Positions 46,194 through 60,400 of a stretch of DNA of 64,000 nt are shown here, piece after piece. The notes below the pieces were generated by a model. The model did no database searches. It was not told the origin of the DNA and worked only from the letters and a program-made list of their open reading frames with translations. Both the position numbers and the translations under genes were made by a program. This DNA is from Selaginella moellendorffii (lineage: Eukaryota; Plantae; Lycopodiophyta). The stretch covers positions 1,729,048-1,793,047 of the forward strand of contig NW_003314270.1 of the NCBI RefSeq assembly GCF_000143415.4. The letters run 5' to 3'. Position 1 is the stretch's first letter; every line of letters begins with the position of its first letter.

Positions 46194-48249
46194 AGCAACA
46201 ATCAACAGAAGAGAATGAATGCGGTAAAACCAACAAACACTCATTCCTGCCAACTATCACAAAAGCCAATCTGAATAGATCCCAGCCAACAATACCAAGG
46301 AACTCAAGTTGCCTAAGTAAGTGTCAGCAACATCCTACTGATGTCTCAAACCCAAGAGACCAATCCAGAGCAAACCACAAAGAACATGTGGTATTGCGAA
46401 AAGCCAAAAGCTATCAAAGAGAATAACTAACTATCACGAAAGATCATCAATCATCCCATCAATAAAGAGATGTATAATCATCGTCTAAGAAAGAATCCAC
46501 TACCCCGAAGAATAGCGGATCATTCTATATCAACAACAATCAAGCAAAACTTTTTGATAAGGATAATCAACTATCCTAGATGATAGTCAATCATCACCAA
46601 TGATTGCCAGATGCAAATACTAACTTCAATAGCGAAGCTAATGAGCTAAAATGCCTTCCCCAACAACTTCTAACCAATGGTCCACAAGCATGAAAGTTCA
46701 AGGAACCAAAAGCTCGAAGAAGCCTATAGCCAAGTCTTGCCTAATAATGATCACAAGCCTTGCATGAACTAACTTCAATACCAAAGAAGAAATCATGGTG
46801 CAACCCACAATATCTTCCTCAACACATCCATAAGCTAGACTTCATAATGTCAAAGCTAATGAAGAGCATATCTACATCAATCCAAAAGCTAAACATAACG
46901 AAGCTATGCTCAACAAGTGATCACCAAATGATCCTCCATGAATCCATCTATAGCAAGATGTAACTCACTTCATAACAAGCACAAGAAGAATCATCAAGGA
47001 TCAATATATCCCAACTCATATCCAACAAGGATTTGATCATTTCAATATTGATCACTAACTCGTCCACTTGTAGAGTTAGCATAGTTCACGACTGAATCAC
47101 TTTTCAAGGAAAAGCCAAAGCTCAACCCCTACTACATAATCCCGTCTAGAACACAACTAACTCAAACTTGCCACTCAGTTCATTTGAACGTCAATACAGT
47201 TGCTAACTAGCAAATGCACGAATGCTAATAACATAAAGCTACAGTCACATCATCAACACTATCTTTATCAAGACTAATGAAACTCAATGTCAATCCTGAA
47301 GATAGACATCTCATCTCACTTGAATCTCAACAACAACAATGTCGACGACAAGGCATCACTTCAATGCCATCAGCACCAAACAAAGCTAGAAGAAAGCCAG
47401 AGTGAATCACCACCCAAACTCTTTAGCAACTAAGCTAACCAAAGTCGAAGATACTTTAGTCAGTATCTGAGACTAATTCTTCAGCAAAACTCAGTTATAG
47501 ATAACACTTCATCAAGGAGTGAATCACCACGTCCAAGACTCAATGAAATCCAACACCACAAACTAAACGCAACCAAATGACATCGACAAAGGTAGAATCG
47601 ATATGCTAACATGGAAAACCCATGTAAGTCTAACGACACGATCCTCCGCAACACCATCCGATAAAGCAAGCCCATCACTGTTGAATCATCATCAAGTGAA
47701 GCAAGTGTCACAGTCTTCGACAAAATCTACAAGCAATCACTAGTCGCAAAGCAACCAATAATCACTCTTCAACTTGCCTTCAGAAGTCCCAACACTAACT
47801 CATGCCATCGAGTCATATACTTGTCCAGCATGAACGTGATACCCCAAATATGAGATAAAGGTTCATGGACAGGCATGAACTAAATGACCACTCGAATCCA
47901 ACTCAACTGCGATAAGTTCACCAATGCATTTAGCCACGAGCTCTGAGCATGCCTTGAAGAGGCTAGCTATGCATGATCATCACTCAGTTGAAACTAAAGT
48001 GAAAACCTTGAGATGGACTCATATCGGGACACAACCTCCATTTGGACAAAGCTATAGAACGGGTACCAACATCTCAACTACAAACAACTAAGTTGGACAT
48101 CACTATCCTCAGCCAAGGCGCAAAGCTACCAAGACTAAGTCAAGATCAGTGAAAGCTCACTACTCTCATAGAGTCTTAACGAAATGCAAGGTGCAACCTG
48201 CCACCAAGCATAACACAGAAGAAAGGTACAAGGGTCACCCTTAGAAAAT

Positions 48250-51200
48250 AATAAGCTTAGCCAACTACTCTCCATCAATTATCTTTCAACATAGTACTTC
48301 TTTCAAATTGTCATTTTAGAAGATAATTGATTAAAAAATTGATGAATTTTATTTATTCCTTCTTTATGGATTTCTAGATGATATTGTCAGTGATCTAACA
48401 CCAAGCTAATCTAAAAACCTAATATGGGTATAGGCCCAGATGCCCATCCTTATAAATAGTAAATTTTGAGTTTAAATCCTATAACAAAGATTATTCCAGT
48501 ATAAATCCATATATATATTTTATTTATTTATTTATTTATGTAGATTCTATATATAATGATATTAAGTATGGTGGTATTACTACTATTATAAGACAGTTTT
48601 AAGAATTAAATTTTTCATTCTGCTTTAGTCATTTAACGACATCTTTAACTAGTTAAAGAAGTCTCACTCACAATTTCCATAGGTTCTCATCCCGACTTTT
48701 CGGATGTCCCAAAACATGGAGAACACCATCCCCCAATATCCCTCATTTGGTCCTCACTAAATCCCTCTTTGTTTATGGCAATACTTGCCAATATTGCTAT
48801 TGGGTTAAGGCATAAAGGCCCAATCACAAAATCTCATTGACCTCTAGTATTTCCTCACCATGTGATCATATCCTTTATTACTAAGCTAAAGGACCATTCC
48901 TCTTCTTTTTCATGATTTAGGACTTTAGGATTATATTTCAAATTACTATGACCGAATGCAAACCTTGTGGGTATTCCCCCCACCTTCTGTCATTAGGGTG
49001 CTGTAGTGTACGTGGTTTTGACCCTTTATCCTATGGTTATTTACCATAGGATAACACCACGAAGCGGAACCTAAACCCTCTTTGTGCCACATGACAGATG
49101 CCACGTGTCACATGCCACGTGTCCATAGGAACCCGAGGTTCAGGGCCTTGGGCCACTGAACGAAGGAACGGTGCCAAACTCCCAAGCATGGAGCCAAGGA
49201 GTGATGGAACCGAACCACGGAGCAACTCCCAAGCATAAAGCCCAAGGAGCGAAGGGTCAAGGGCCCGGAGCGACTTGGAACAGTCCTAGAGTAACCAGCA
49301 TCCCAATGCCAGGACCAGCATGCAAAACGGAGCAAAACGGAGTCTGGCGCTATTTCGGCATACCGGTGGCCTAACGCGAGGACATAGGTACTCCACCAAC
49401 TAGCATGGAATGGAGCTTGGGCTTAGACCCAAGCCGGACGCAGAACAAGGACAGACACGCAAGCGGGAGCTAGACTATGCTTCAGGTTGGTCGGCCATGC
49501 CCGACCTACCCACTATCCCTACTATACATTCGGAACCCCCCACAGCCCCCCCCCCCTTGAGGAACACACGCTTTGGGCTTTCACCCCAAGCCTCCCTTAG
49601 TATCAGGAGTTAGTCTCTGGGACAAGCTCGAAACTTACTAAATATGGAATGGCGCTAGATTGTGAATTTGGACACGGGACGAACACCATTGTGTTCAGGC
49701 CGATCTCTACATTCCGTAGATATGCCAAATGAGCAAATCTGGGCACTTTCCATAAATAGCATTTGGGACTGAAATGAGACCAACGCTAAGGGCATGATAG
49801 CGAGGGTGTTTGGCAGACACGGTAAGCTATCATCCAGCGATATTGAGGGACCAATCTCAATACACGAGGGTTCTTGTCAAGCCAGTGCAAGACAGAGCAA
49901 AAGAGAACTAAGAGCCAGGCCGAGTATGCTCAGCTAGAAACACATAGGAGTTCCTACCTTATGTCCATCTGGCTAAGTACAGGTGCTAAGCCCAGTAAAC
50001 TAACACTTGAACAAGAGGGGCTGATAAAGGAAACCAGCAATACCAACCTCCTGCCATCGTGGCAGTAAGGTAAGAGTGTCCGTAAGGACTAGCCGATAGG
50101 TAACTTTCGATACCCGAAGTCACATTCGCGACACTCTCCCCCCCTAGGGAAGATCGACATCCTCGTCGATGCACACTCGAGTCTAGAATACCGCCAAGGA
50201 AACAACTCCAGAAAAATTTCACGGTACTCACACTATATGAGAAATGCACCAACTTAAATGAGTTAGGGGGAAACCTCTTTGTCTAACACGGATGCGCTAC
50301 CAGCTCAGACACCTTCCGGCCGTCGCCGACAAGGAAATGACCAACGGAGTCAGCCACCCTTGCTGCTCTGGGTGTCACCCAGCTACAAAAGTGTGATATG
50401 CCCCTGCCCGCAGAGACCTAGAGAGAGAAGCCAGAGGCCTCAACCCTCCTGAGCAAAGAAACCAAACCCGTCGGTAAGGTTTAGATAGACTACTGTAAAC
50501 AGGCAGTTAGAGTTGTTTACACGGTCACGCCCTTTCAAATGGAATAAGGAACATCGACAAAGAGGCGGGTTATGTGACCAGTCGACAGTAGCTACCCCAT
50601 GACTAGAGATTTCAACATGCACACGAAGTGCCGAAGCCAGTCTGCCTATACTGGCCCAAACTCAAAGATCAATAGATGGACAATATCAAAGTCATAAACA
50701 ATGATATCTTAGAGACTTAATTATCAGTGAATAAATCTTATATTAGAAGACAAAAGTATTCCAAGTATGTTATCATCTGATAAACTAGTATTATAGTAGA
50801 TAGGAACCACCAAGATCATCAAAATTGGTAAACACAGGATTTACCATCCAAAAAAATTCAATAGCAAGTATATCATCAAGTAAACTCCATGATGAAACTT
50901 AACTACCGAAGATAGCAGACAGTAAGCCAACAACTTACTAGAGATAACTCAAAGAACACAAAGTATCATTGACTGACAAGCACAATGCTCGCGAATGTAT
51001 TACCCGAAGGAAATAACATCCAAATCTATCAAAACTAACTCGAGCAACAATCAACAGAAGAGAATGAATGCGGTAAAACCAACAAACACTCATTCCTGCC
51101 AACTATCACAAAAGCCAATCTGAATAGATCCCAACCAACAATACCAAGGAAACTCAAGTTGCCTAAGTAAGTGTCAGCAACATCCTACTGATGTCTCAAA

Positions 51201-53098
51201 CCCAAGAGACCAATCCAGAGCAAACCACAAAGAACATGTGGTATTGCGAAAAGCCAAAAGCTATCAAAGAGAATAACTAACTATCACGAAAGATCATCAA
51301 TCATCCCATCAATAAAGAGATGTATAATCATCGTCTAAGAAAGAATCCACTACCCCGAAGAATAGCGGATCATTCTATATCAACAACAATCAAGCAAAAC
51401 TTTTTGATAAGGATAATCAACTATCCTAGATGATAGTCAATCATCACCAATGATTGCCAGATGCAAATACTAACTTCAATAGCGAAGCTAATGAGCTAAA
51501 ATGCCTTCCCCAACAACTTCTAACCAATGGTCCACAAGCATGAAAGTTCAAGGAACCAAAAGCTCGAAGAAGCCTATAGCCAAGTCTTGCCTAATAATGA
51601 TCACAAGCCTTGCATGAACTAACTTCAATGCCAAAGAAGAAATCATGGTGCAACCCACAATATCTTCCTCAACACATCCATAAGCTAGACTTCATAATGT
51701 CAAAGCTAATGAAGAGCATATCTACATCAATCCAAAAGCTAAACATAACGAAGCTATGCTCAACAAGTGATCACCAAACGATCCTCCATGAATCCATCTA
51801 TAGCAAGACGTAACTCACTTCATAACAAGCACAAGAAGAATCATCAAGGATCAATATATCCCAACTCATATCCAACAAGGATTTGATCATTTCAATATTG
51901 ATCACTAACTCGTCCACTTGTAGAGTTAGCATAGTTCACGACTGAATCACTTTTCAAGGAAAAGCCAAAGCTCAACCCCTACTACATAATCCTGTCTAGA
52001 ACACAACTAACTCAAACTTGCCACTCAGTTCATTTGAACGTCAATACAGTTGCTAACTAGCAAATGCACGAATGCTAATAACATAAAGCTACAGTCACAT
52101 CATCAACACTATCTTTATCAAGACTAATGAAACTCAATGTCAATCCTGAAGATAGACATCTCATCTCACTTGAATCTCAACAACAACAATGTCGACGACA
52201 AGGCATCACTTCAATGCCATCAGCACCAAACAAAGCTAGAAGAAAGCCAGAGTGAATCACCACCCAAACTCTTTAGCAACTAAGCTAACCAAAGTCGAAG
52301 ATACTTTAGTCAGTATCTGAGACTAATTCTTCAGCAAAACTCAGTTATAGATAACACTTCATCAAGGAGTGAATCACCACGTCCAAGACTCAATGAAATC
52401 CAACACCACAAACTAAACGCAACCAAATGACATCGACAAAGGTAGAATCGATATGCTAACATGGAAAACCCATGTAAGTCTAACGACACGATCCTCCGCA
52501 ACACCATCCGATAAAGCAAGCCCATCACTGTTGAATCATCATCAAGTGAAGCAAGTGTCACAGTCTTCGACAAAATCTACAAGCAATCACTAGTCGCAAA
52601 GCAACCAATAATCACTCTTCAACTTGCCTTCAGAAGTCCCAACACTAACTCATGCCATCGAGTCATATACTTGTCCAGCATGAACGTGATACCCCAAATA
52701 TGAGATAAAGGTTCATGGACAGGCATGAACTAAATGACCACTCGAATCCAACTCAACTGCGATAAGTTCACCAATGCATTTAGCCACGAGCTCTGAGCAT
52801 GCCTTGAAGAGGCTAGCTATGCATGATCATCACTCAGTTGAAACTAAAGTGAAAACCTTGAGATGGACTCATATCGGGACACAACCTCCATTTGGACAAA
52901 GCTATAGAACGGGTACCAACATCTCAACTACAAACAACTAAGTTGGACATCACTATCCTCAGCCAAGGCGCAAAGCTACCAAGACTAAGTCAAGATCAGT
53001 GAGAGATCACTACTCTCATAGAGTCTTAACGAAATGCAAGGTGCAACCTGCCACCAAGCATAACACGGAAGAAAGGTACAAGGGTCACCCTTAGAAAA
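48250..53098 (+). repeat. Second copy of a ~4.85-kb tandem duplication (copy 1 = 21323-24108 plus 46198-48248)
   Basis: Near-identical sequence from aataagcttagccaac to gggtcacccttagaaaa, lacking the DNA transposon. Confidence 0.93.
49002..50133 (-). repeat. 3' LTR copy b (1132 bp)
   Basis: Duplicate of 22073-23195, preceded by the same GGTGC. Confidence 0.92.
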
Positions 53099-54307
53099 GT
53101 GCAATGGCCACTTTTCTACATCAACTCCAGACTCTATCCAACTCAATTGCTTTAGCTCCAAAAGTCAACATCCCTTTTCAGGTCGCATCATACGAACTAC
53201 TTACTAAGGTCTAAGCTAACCGAAGTCAACTCCTACCCCTTCACTAGGTTGTACTGGCTTATGAAACGGAATGGTTTTCGAACAAAGTGATCATCAGATC
53301 AGCCATTGGAAAAGTCTAAGAAAATTTGTGGAAAATTTTCCATCCTAGAGAAAGAATGACTCTCAGTCTAGGAATGCAAATTTTCAAGACTCAACCAACT
53401 TCCTCCTACTAACAACTTCACATAGGTTCACCTCAACACCAATTCTCATGACCCATAGTGTGCTTAAGCTTCGAACATCTTTTTGCCCATACTTCTGACA
53501 TCCAACTCCGATATCCGCAAAAATGCAAAGTGAACATCCAAGGCTTGATCACGAAGACCACATCTTCAGATATCCACATTGCACTAACACTCTTCTTCAA
53601 CCATCTTCAAGATCCAATGTGAAGCCAAAACACTAACAAGAAAAATGACATGAAAAATCAAGCTCCAAGGAAAATTCCTCATCACTCGAATCAACAATGC
53701 CACTTTCACTAACACAAATGCTAGTGATGTCAATGCCTCAACTACATACCTTCTCCATCCAACAATCTACTCCAAGTGCTACCGGATCAACCAACAAGCT
53801 ATAGCAAATGAATGCTACAACCCTTTCCAACACCTTATAGGCAAACTCAAGGAACTTAGGAACCAACTTAAGCTTAACATAATGAATCACTATTGAGAAT
53901 CTAGTCGAAGCTACTACATGCTACTACATGCAAATAGACTAGCTTCACCATCAACCACTTTGGGGTTGATCATCATCTACCCAAGCAACTTCGTAAACAC
54001 ATTGCTCATTATCACATGGATATGATATAAATCACAATGACTTGATCATCAATCAAGCAACACTATGAGCAATGCCCATGTCACTACTACAAAGGTTTAA
54101 GTGAGTATCAAGTGTCAACTCAATTCGACAAAATGTAACATAAATGCCACACCCCACCGATAAAGATTTACAACACTCAACACCACTAACTTTTGTTCAC
54201 AACACGGACAAGCTCATGCCACTCTCTTTCCGACCAAACTCAAAACTAAACCAACACCAAGCTACTCAAGGAGCAACAACAAAGTTCCCCGGAAAAGAAT
54301 TGAGCAT

Positions 54308-54407
54308 NNNNNNNNNNNNNNNNNNNNNNNNNNNNNNNNNNNNNNNNNNNNNNNNNNNNNNNNNNNNNNNNNNNNNNNNNNNNNNNNNNNNNNNNNNNNN
54401 NNNNNNN
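54308..54407. other. Assembly gap (100 N)
   Basis: Run of N. Confidence 1.
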
Positions 54408-55136
54408 CACTATTTGTAAGACCATCATCTCCAACATGCATCAAGGTAGGGACTCTTGATTGCATGATGTGAACACAAGCAATGAGTTAACACCTCGTTG
54501 CAGATCATCTCTCCAAGAAGAGAAGATGATTTACGTGTTTGATCCTTCGTCCCCGACGACTCTCTTTTCAGTCTCATCTTTGACTAAACCTCAAGCTTGC
54601 TTTCACACTGCCTTCAGTCCAATCCAAGAAAAGTTTATGAGAGAGCACGGCAATGACTACTTGAACCAATAGACTAATCCCTACAGTCTTGATTGATCCA
54701 CTTGTATTCATGCCTAAGAAGGATCCACTAGTGCCGTGCTGAACAGCTATAGACCAGCCTATTTGCCACTCATAGCAAACTCAGGGAAGGTTTGCTTTTA
54801 CCTACGGTACAAGGAAGAACTCATGGAACCACCGATAGGCTAATATTAATCCTGCCAACTCAAAGTGTAACCTCGAGTTGCTAATGTGCCTCACACACGA
54901 GCCCAAGCGTAAACTCGTGCTAACGGGGCATCTCAAATCCATTCTATGAGCCCAAGAGCAAGCTCACATTATTAGGTACAAAAGGTAACCAAAACCATAC
55001 CCAAGGAACGAATGTGAATCCTTTGCACCAAACGTGTACCCACTCGGATCATCGTTTTCATCTCTGCGTATGCAACGAGACTAGTTGCCCAATCTCATTG
55101 AATACTACTCGCTGAGACTCATCCTCTGATACCAAA

Positions 55137-56280
55137 TGTAGCGTACGTGGTTTTGACCCTTTATCCTATGGTGATTTACCATAGGATAACACCACGAAGC
55201 GGAACCTAAACCCTCTTTGTGCCACGTGACAGATGCCACGTGTCACATGCCACATGTCCATGCCACGTGTCCATAGGAACCCGAGGTTCAGGGCCTTGGG
55301 CCACTGAACGAAGGAACGGTGCCAAACTCCCAAGCATGGAGCCAAGGAGTGATGGAACCGAACCACGGAGCAACTCCCAAGCATAAAGCCCAAGGAGCGA
55401 AGGGTCAAGGGCCCGGAGCGACTTGGAACAGTCCTAGAGTAACCAGCATCCCAATGCCAGGACCAGCATGCAAAACGGAGCAAAACGGAGTCTGGCGCTA
55501 TTTCGGCATACCGGTGGCCTAACGCGAGGACATGGGTACTCCACTAACTAGCATGGAATGGAGCTTGGGCTTAGACCCAAGCCGGACGCAGAACAAGGAC
55601 AGGCACGCAAGCGGGAGCTAGACTATGCCTCAGGTTGGTCGGCCATGCCCGACCTACCCACTATCCCTACTATACATTTGGAACCCCCCACAGCCCCCCC
55701 CCCTTGAGGAACACACGCTTTGGGCTTTCACCCCAAGCCTCCCTTAGTATCAGGAGTTAGTCTCTGGGACAAGCTCGAAACTTACTAAATATGGAATGGC
55801 GCTAGATTGTGAATTTGGACACGGGACGAACACCATTGTGTTCAGGCCGATCTCTACATTCCGTAAATATGCCAAATGAGCAAATCTGGGCACTTTCCAT
55901 AAATAGCATTTGGGACCGAAATGAGACCAACGCTAAGGGCATGATAGCGAGGGTGTTTGGCAGACACGGTAAGCTATCATCCAGCGATATTGAGGGACCA
56001 ATCTCAATACGCGAGGGTTCTTGTCAAGCCAGTGCAAGACAGAGCAAAAGAGAACTAAGAGCCAGGCCGAGTATGCTCAGCTAGAAACACATAGGAGTTC
56101 CTACCTTATGTCCATCTGGCTAAGTACAGGTGCTAAGCCCAGTAAACTAACACTTGAACAAGAGGGGCTGATAAAGGAAACCAGCAATACCGACCTCCTG
56201 CCATCGTGGCAGTAAGGTAAGAGTGTCCGTAAGGACTAGCTGACAGATAACTTTCGATACCCGAAGTCACATTCGCGACA
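55137..56280 (-). repeat. 5' LTR copy c (1144 bp)
   Basis: Adjacent to the PBS and followed by the GGTGC TSD. Confidence 0.92.
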
Positions 56281-57499
56281 GGTGCCTTAGCTATGTAGTT
56301 AAAGCAAGGTTCTAATGAGCCATATACAAGTAGGTAATGCCACCCACACTTGGATTGAGAGTATTGTTTATTCGATCTCTTAGAGGAGTTATAGTTGACT
56401 TTTAAAGGGGATAGTGCAAAATTGAGTTGAGCTTATAAATTGCACTCAACTCAACACAAATCAACATAAGTCAATATAGTCAACTAAAAGTTTTTTAAAG
56501 GAAATTTAAATTAAAAAAATGAAAGTTCTAACAAACTTTAAAATATTGACAAGTGTAAGTACCTTGGTTGAAAGTTTTTACAAAATTGAGTCATTAAAAA
56601 AACATGAAATTTATAAGAACCTATCTTTTCTAAAGCTATATTATTTTACTATGACTACATTTACTGTTGTCATATTTTAGCTACTTTTATAACTTTTATA
56701 TATTTACATACTATTCCTTCATTCAAATTTTTTTTCTAGGGTTCTTATAAAAGTGGGAAGCAAAGAAAACAAAAAAAATTATAAGAGTTGTAATGTAAAT
56801 GAATGTAAGAATGTTAACTTTGTTTCACTACCACAATCCCCATATTACACTCATATCCATTCGGGAATGTGGAAACCACTGTCACTATTAAGAAAAATGT
56901 TCTTACTATTTCCAAAACAACAATCCAAAGAAAGAGAAATAAAAAAATAAACAATACAGTGGAGAGCACTAATAAATCTATAGTAGATTTATAGTAACTT
57001 CATAAAACTTTTTATGGCATTTTTAATTTATATAATATTTCATATAAAAAACTCCATTTGCTTGATTATATCCCAATCCTCCCATATGAATCCCCACTAA
57101 GAATGTTTTGGAGTCATTTGTTAATAATAATAAAAGAAATTGAGATATTTTGAAAGACTATATCATATCAAAGAATCAAATCTATCTACATTTCTATGAC
57201 TGAAAAGTAATCTCATATAATAGAATGCTAGTATGACAGCACCACTATAATATGGTTTATATTTTCTAACAGTCTATTTCTCTAGAAAATTGGCACAAGT
57301 GTTAAAAACTTTATCTATGTAGTATAGATTTTCATCATAGTGATAAAGTATGTGTATACACAAAAATCTAGAATTCATAAAGCTCTTATATTTACAAGGA
57401 GGCTATGATTATGAAGCCCCATTTTCGAAATTGATAATTCATGAATTTAATTATTGTTAGTGTTATAATAAATAAATCTCATTTCTAAGACTAAAAATT

Positions 57500-60400
57500 A
57501 ATATATAAACTACCAAGAAAAGTTATAATTGTTGTAGATTTTTGTTGAGCTCCTTGCAAAGCTGAAATGTTTATATAGAAATGGCTCAAAAAAAAATCAT
57601 CACTACTCATACTTAAGCCCCCACACCTCTATCCCCAAGTCTTACCAACATTTCACCTTCACCTCTATATAATAAACATTTTTCTATTGGGGACTCTAAT
57701 GAAGTTGAACTAAAGCTCCCTATATATAAAATTCCAGATCTTCTTACTAAAGAGGGATTGCCTCTAGCACGTCAAGAGCAGTGCCATATATTTCTACAAG
57801 ATCTTTCTCTTGATATGGTGGAACTATTTGAAAGCACAAAACACTATTATATTCAATGTTTAATATGTTACATTTTTTAGCACAAGATAAATAACTTCAT
57901 GGGTTTACAAATGTTTCTTGAGCATTGTAGCAATTGTTCCATAGTGGGTCTAAAAAATATGTACACATGGATAATAGATTCAAGAACAAGTTATAAACAC
58001 ATACCCACTATTGCTTCATGGTGAAAAACAACATCCCTTTAGGAATCATAACATCCATTAATATGGGATATTTAGGCCACCCATAGTGGAATGTAAGATT
58101 TAGGATTGTTTTACTAAGAATATCCATTAGGAATCAATTACAACAAATAAGGTATTAGAAGTGTAATACTCAATTTAGGAAGATTCAAAAGAAGAAAATG
58201 TGTAAGTTCCCTTACCAGCATTTAGATCCACACAAGTTATCCTAGTTTAGTGGGAACAAGTGAACACATTGAAAGTTTGATTCTAAGGTGCTTAATATAC
58301 CTTTTTGTGTTGGGTTAGGAATTCATTTTCTATAAACTTGAATAGTTTTTATGAACACTACTGTAATTGCCACACAAATAGTGTTATCACTTCACATATA
58401 ATTGTTTATAAAATGTTCAAAGATGAGATGGCAACACACAAGCGCTATAGAGCGATGGTGGCAGGTGAGAATGACAATCTACAATTATGATAATTGACAT
58501 TGACATTATTACTGATATTTGATAGGTTTTACATTTCATGTAAAAATGCATTTAACTTTTTTTTGCTTCATCATCAATATATTAACTCCTTTTACACTCC
58601 TTCCTATATTAGTATTGTGGGGAAAATTCACTTTGTGTTTGTTGAGCCATGGCTTTTGTATAGTTGAGGATTTCTAAAGCCTCAAAATCTAGGAACTCTA
58701 GGTGACTGTGATCTATAAAATAGAACTAAACATATATTGAAATCTTAATAAACAAAATTTACCTTCTTGAGGTTGAAGGCAGCTCACAAAATCCTTTGAG
58801 TCGACATTTGAACAAAATGACGTTCTTCAATAGCAAACACTAATCTACCAGAGTCATATGTTGCCTTCACTATAAAACCACCACCTACTGTGCAATCAAT
58901 TACAACACTATTACAATAGAGCTTAAGCAAGACTTGTATTGCTAATAGAGTTCAAAATCGGTACCTAGAAAATGTGTTGCAAATTTACTTATTTACAAGA
59001 TTGGGAATGATATTAGTAGAACTGTTGTACCCAAGCAAAATGCTTGTTGCATGCTCACTATAACAAAACCTATGATGCACATTTCTATAAAAGGAATAAT
59101 AAGTCTATGTTATAACCTGGAAAATAAGAAAGTTTAGAAATTAGATTAAAATATAAAATACCTACTCACCTTTTCAAATTTACCTTGAACAATATGGCTA
59201 ACTTTGATATAAGTACTTCAAACAAGAGGAACACATCATGCATGTGGTTGGGTGTGAGAAAGTTTTAATCCTCAACTTTCTTATCAATATCTAGAAGACT
59301 GTCTACAAAATCAAAGAGAATGAAGCTTGCAACTAGGAGCAAGAGCCTTTGTATTTTTCGGCACCCACAGTCAAATTGGTACCATATATCCATATTCATG
59401 TCATCTTTTTTGAAAGATATCAGCAATCTATTATAAGAGCTAATAAAGACACCCCTAGTGCCTCTATATGTTATCAGGGAAATAGGACAAACTTATAGAA
59501 GAGATAAGTGAATACAAAAGTAAGGAATAATATAATACCGTTATATGGCATATTGTCAATGAGAGTTCCTCCAACTCCTTGTCATGAGTATCTTGTTAAT
59601 CTGGAATGAAATTACTACTAATAGTCATTATTATAAAAAACATATATTACCATCTTTGTTTGTAAAATTCATTTTTGCTTACCTCAAGGTCAATGTGATA
59701 TTCTATGAATCATTCGATCATTGTTATTTGTTGGTGGAATTTGATCCAAATCTTGGCTATCTAATGGTGGAACTAGAGCTTGATCTTAGTTATCTAGTGG
59801 TGGAATGCAAACTTGATCCAAAACTTCTTCATCCTTCTCTCCATTATCATTTGCATTACCATTATTTCTAGCATTAATAACTTCCTTGTGGTCTAATGTA
59901 GGGACCTCCTTCCCAAAGAGCTCCAACTCCTAAAGGCATTCTATCTTCCATGCCTTTAGAACTCTTGCAAATATTGTTAGGTATATTCGTCTATCGTTTA
60001 TACACTTTACAACAAGTTAAATGTAAATTGGAGCCTTAAATGGTATGCCTCTATATCGAAGATATTTGTAGACAATATATATTTAGGAAAGATCTTAAGA
60101 ATCATGTTATACCTATAAATAGCACATCATATGAAATAAGGTTGACTGTGTTGGCAATCGTAAGTTGTCGTGCTTGTGAACTTCTCTAATAGCCACCCCT
60201 CTATAATCTCTTCCAAAGATGGGTTTATATATGTGTCTAAGAACACAAAAGTGTTTAGATTATCATTGATATACAGTGCCAAGAATTTCTCACTTTTGTT
60301 TATAGTTTGTGTGATGTAACTAGCCTTTCTCATCATGTTCTCAAATACTTTTAGCAATCCTTTCTCTTTTTTTATGAAGAAAATATTGAGGAATTCTAAA

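Larger units (their letters stand above)
22073..56280 (-). mobile_element. Non-autonomous (LARD-like) LTR retrotransposon hosting the nested insertions and partly tandem-duplicated
   Basis: TSD GGTGC at 22068-22072 and 56281-56285. LTRs TG...CA. Met-tRNA PBS (ctctgatacca) immediately left of 55137. PPT (ctctccccccc) right of 23195 and 50133. Internal region has no long ORFs. Confidence 0.9.

Noticed and set aside
46198-55136. Genes in the internal region of the non-autonomous LTR element
   Set aside because: Only ORFs of about 90 aa or less, with no gag/pol motifs.
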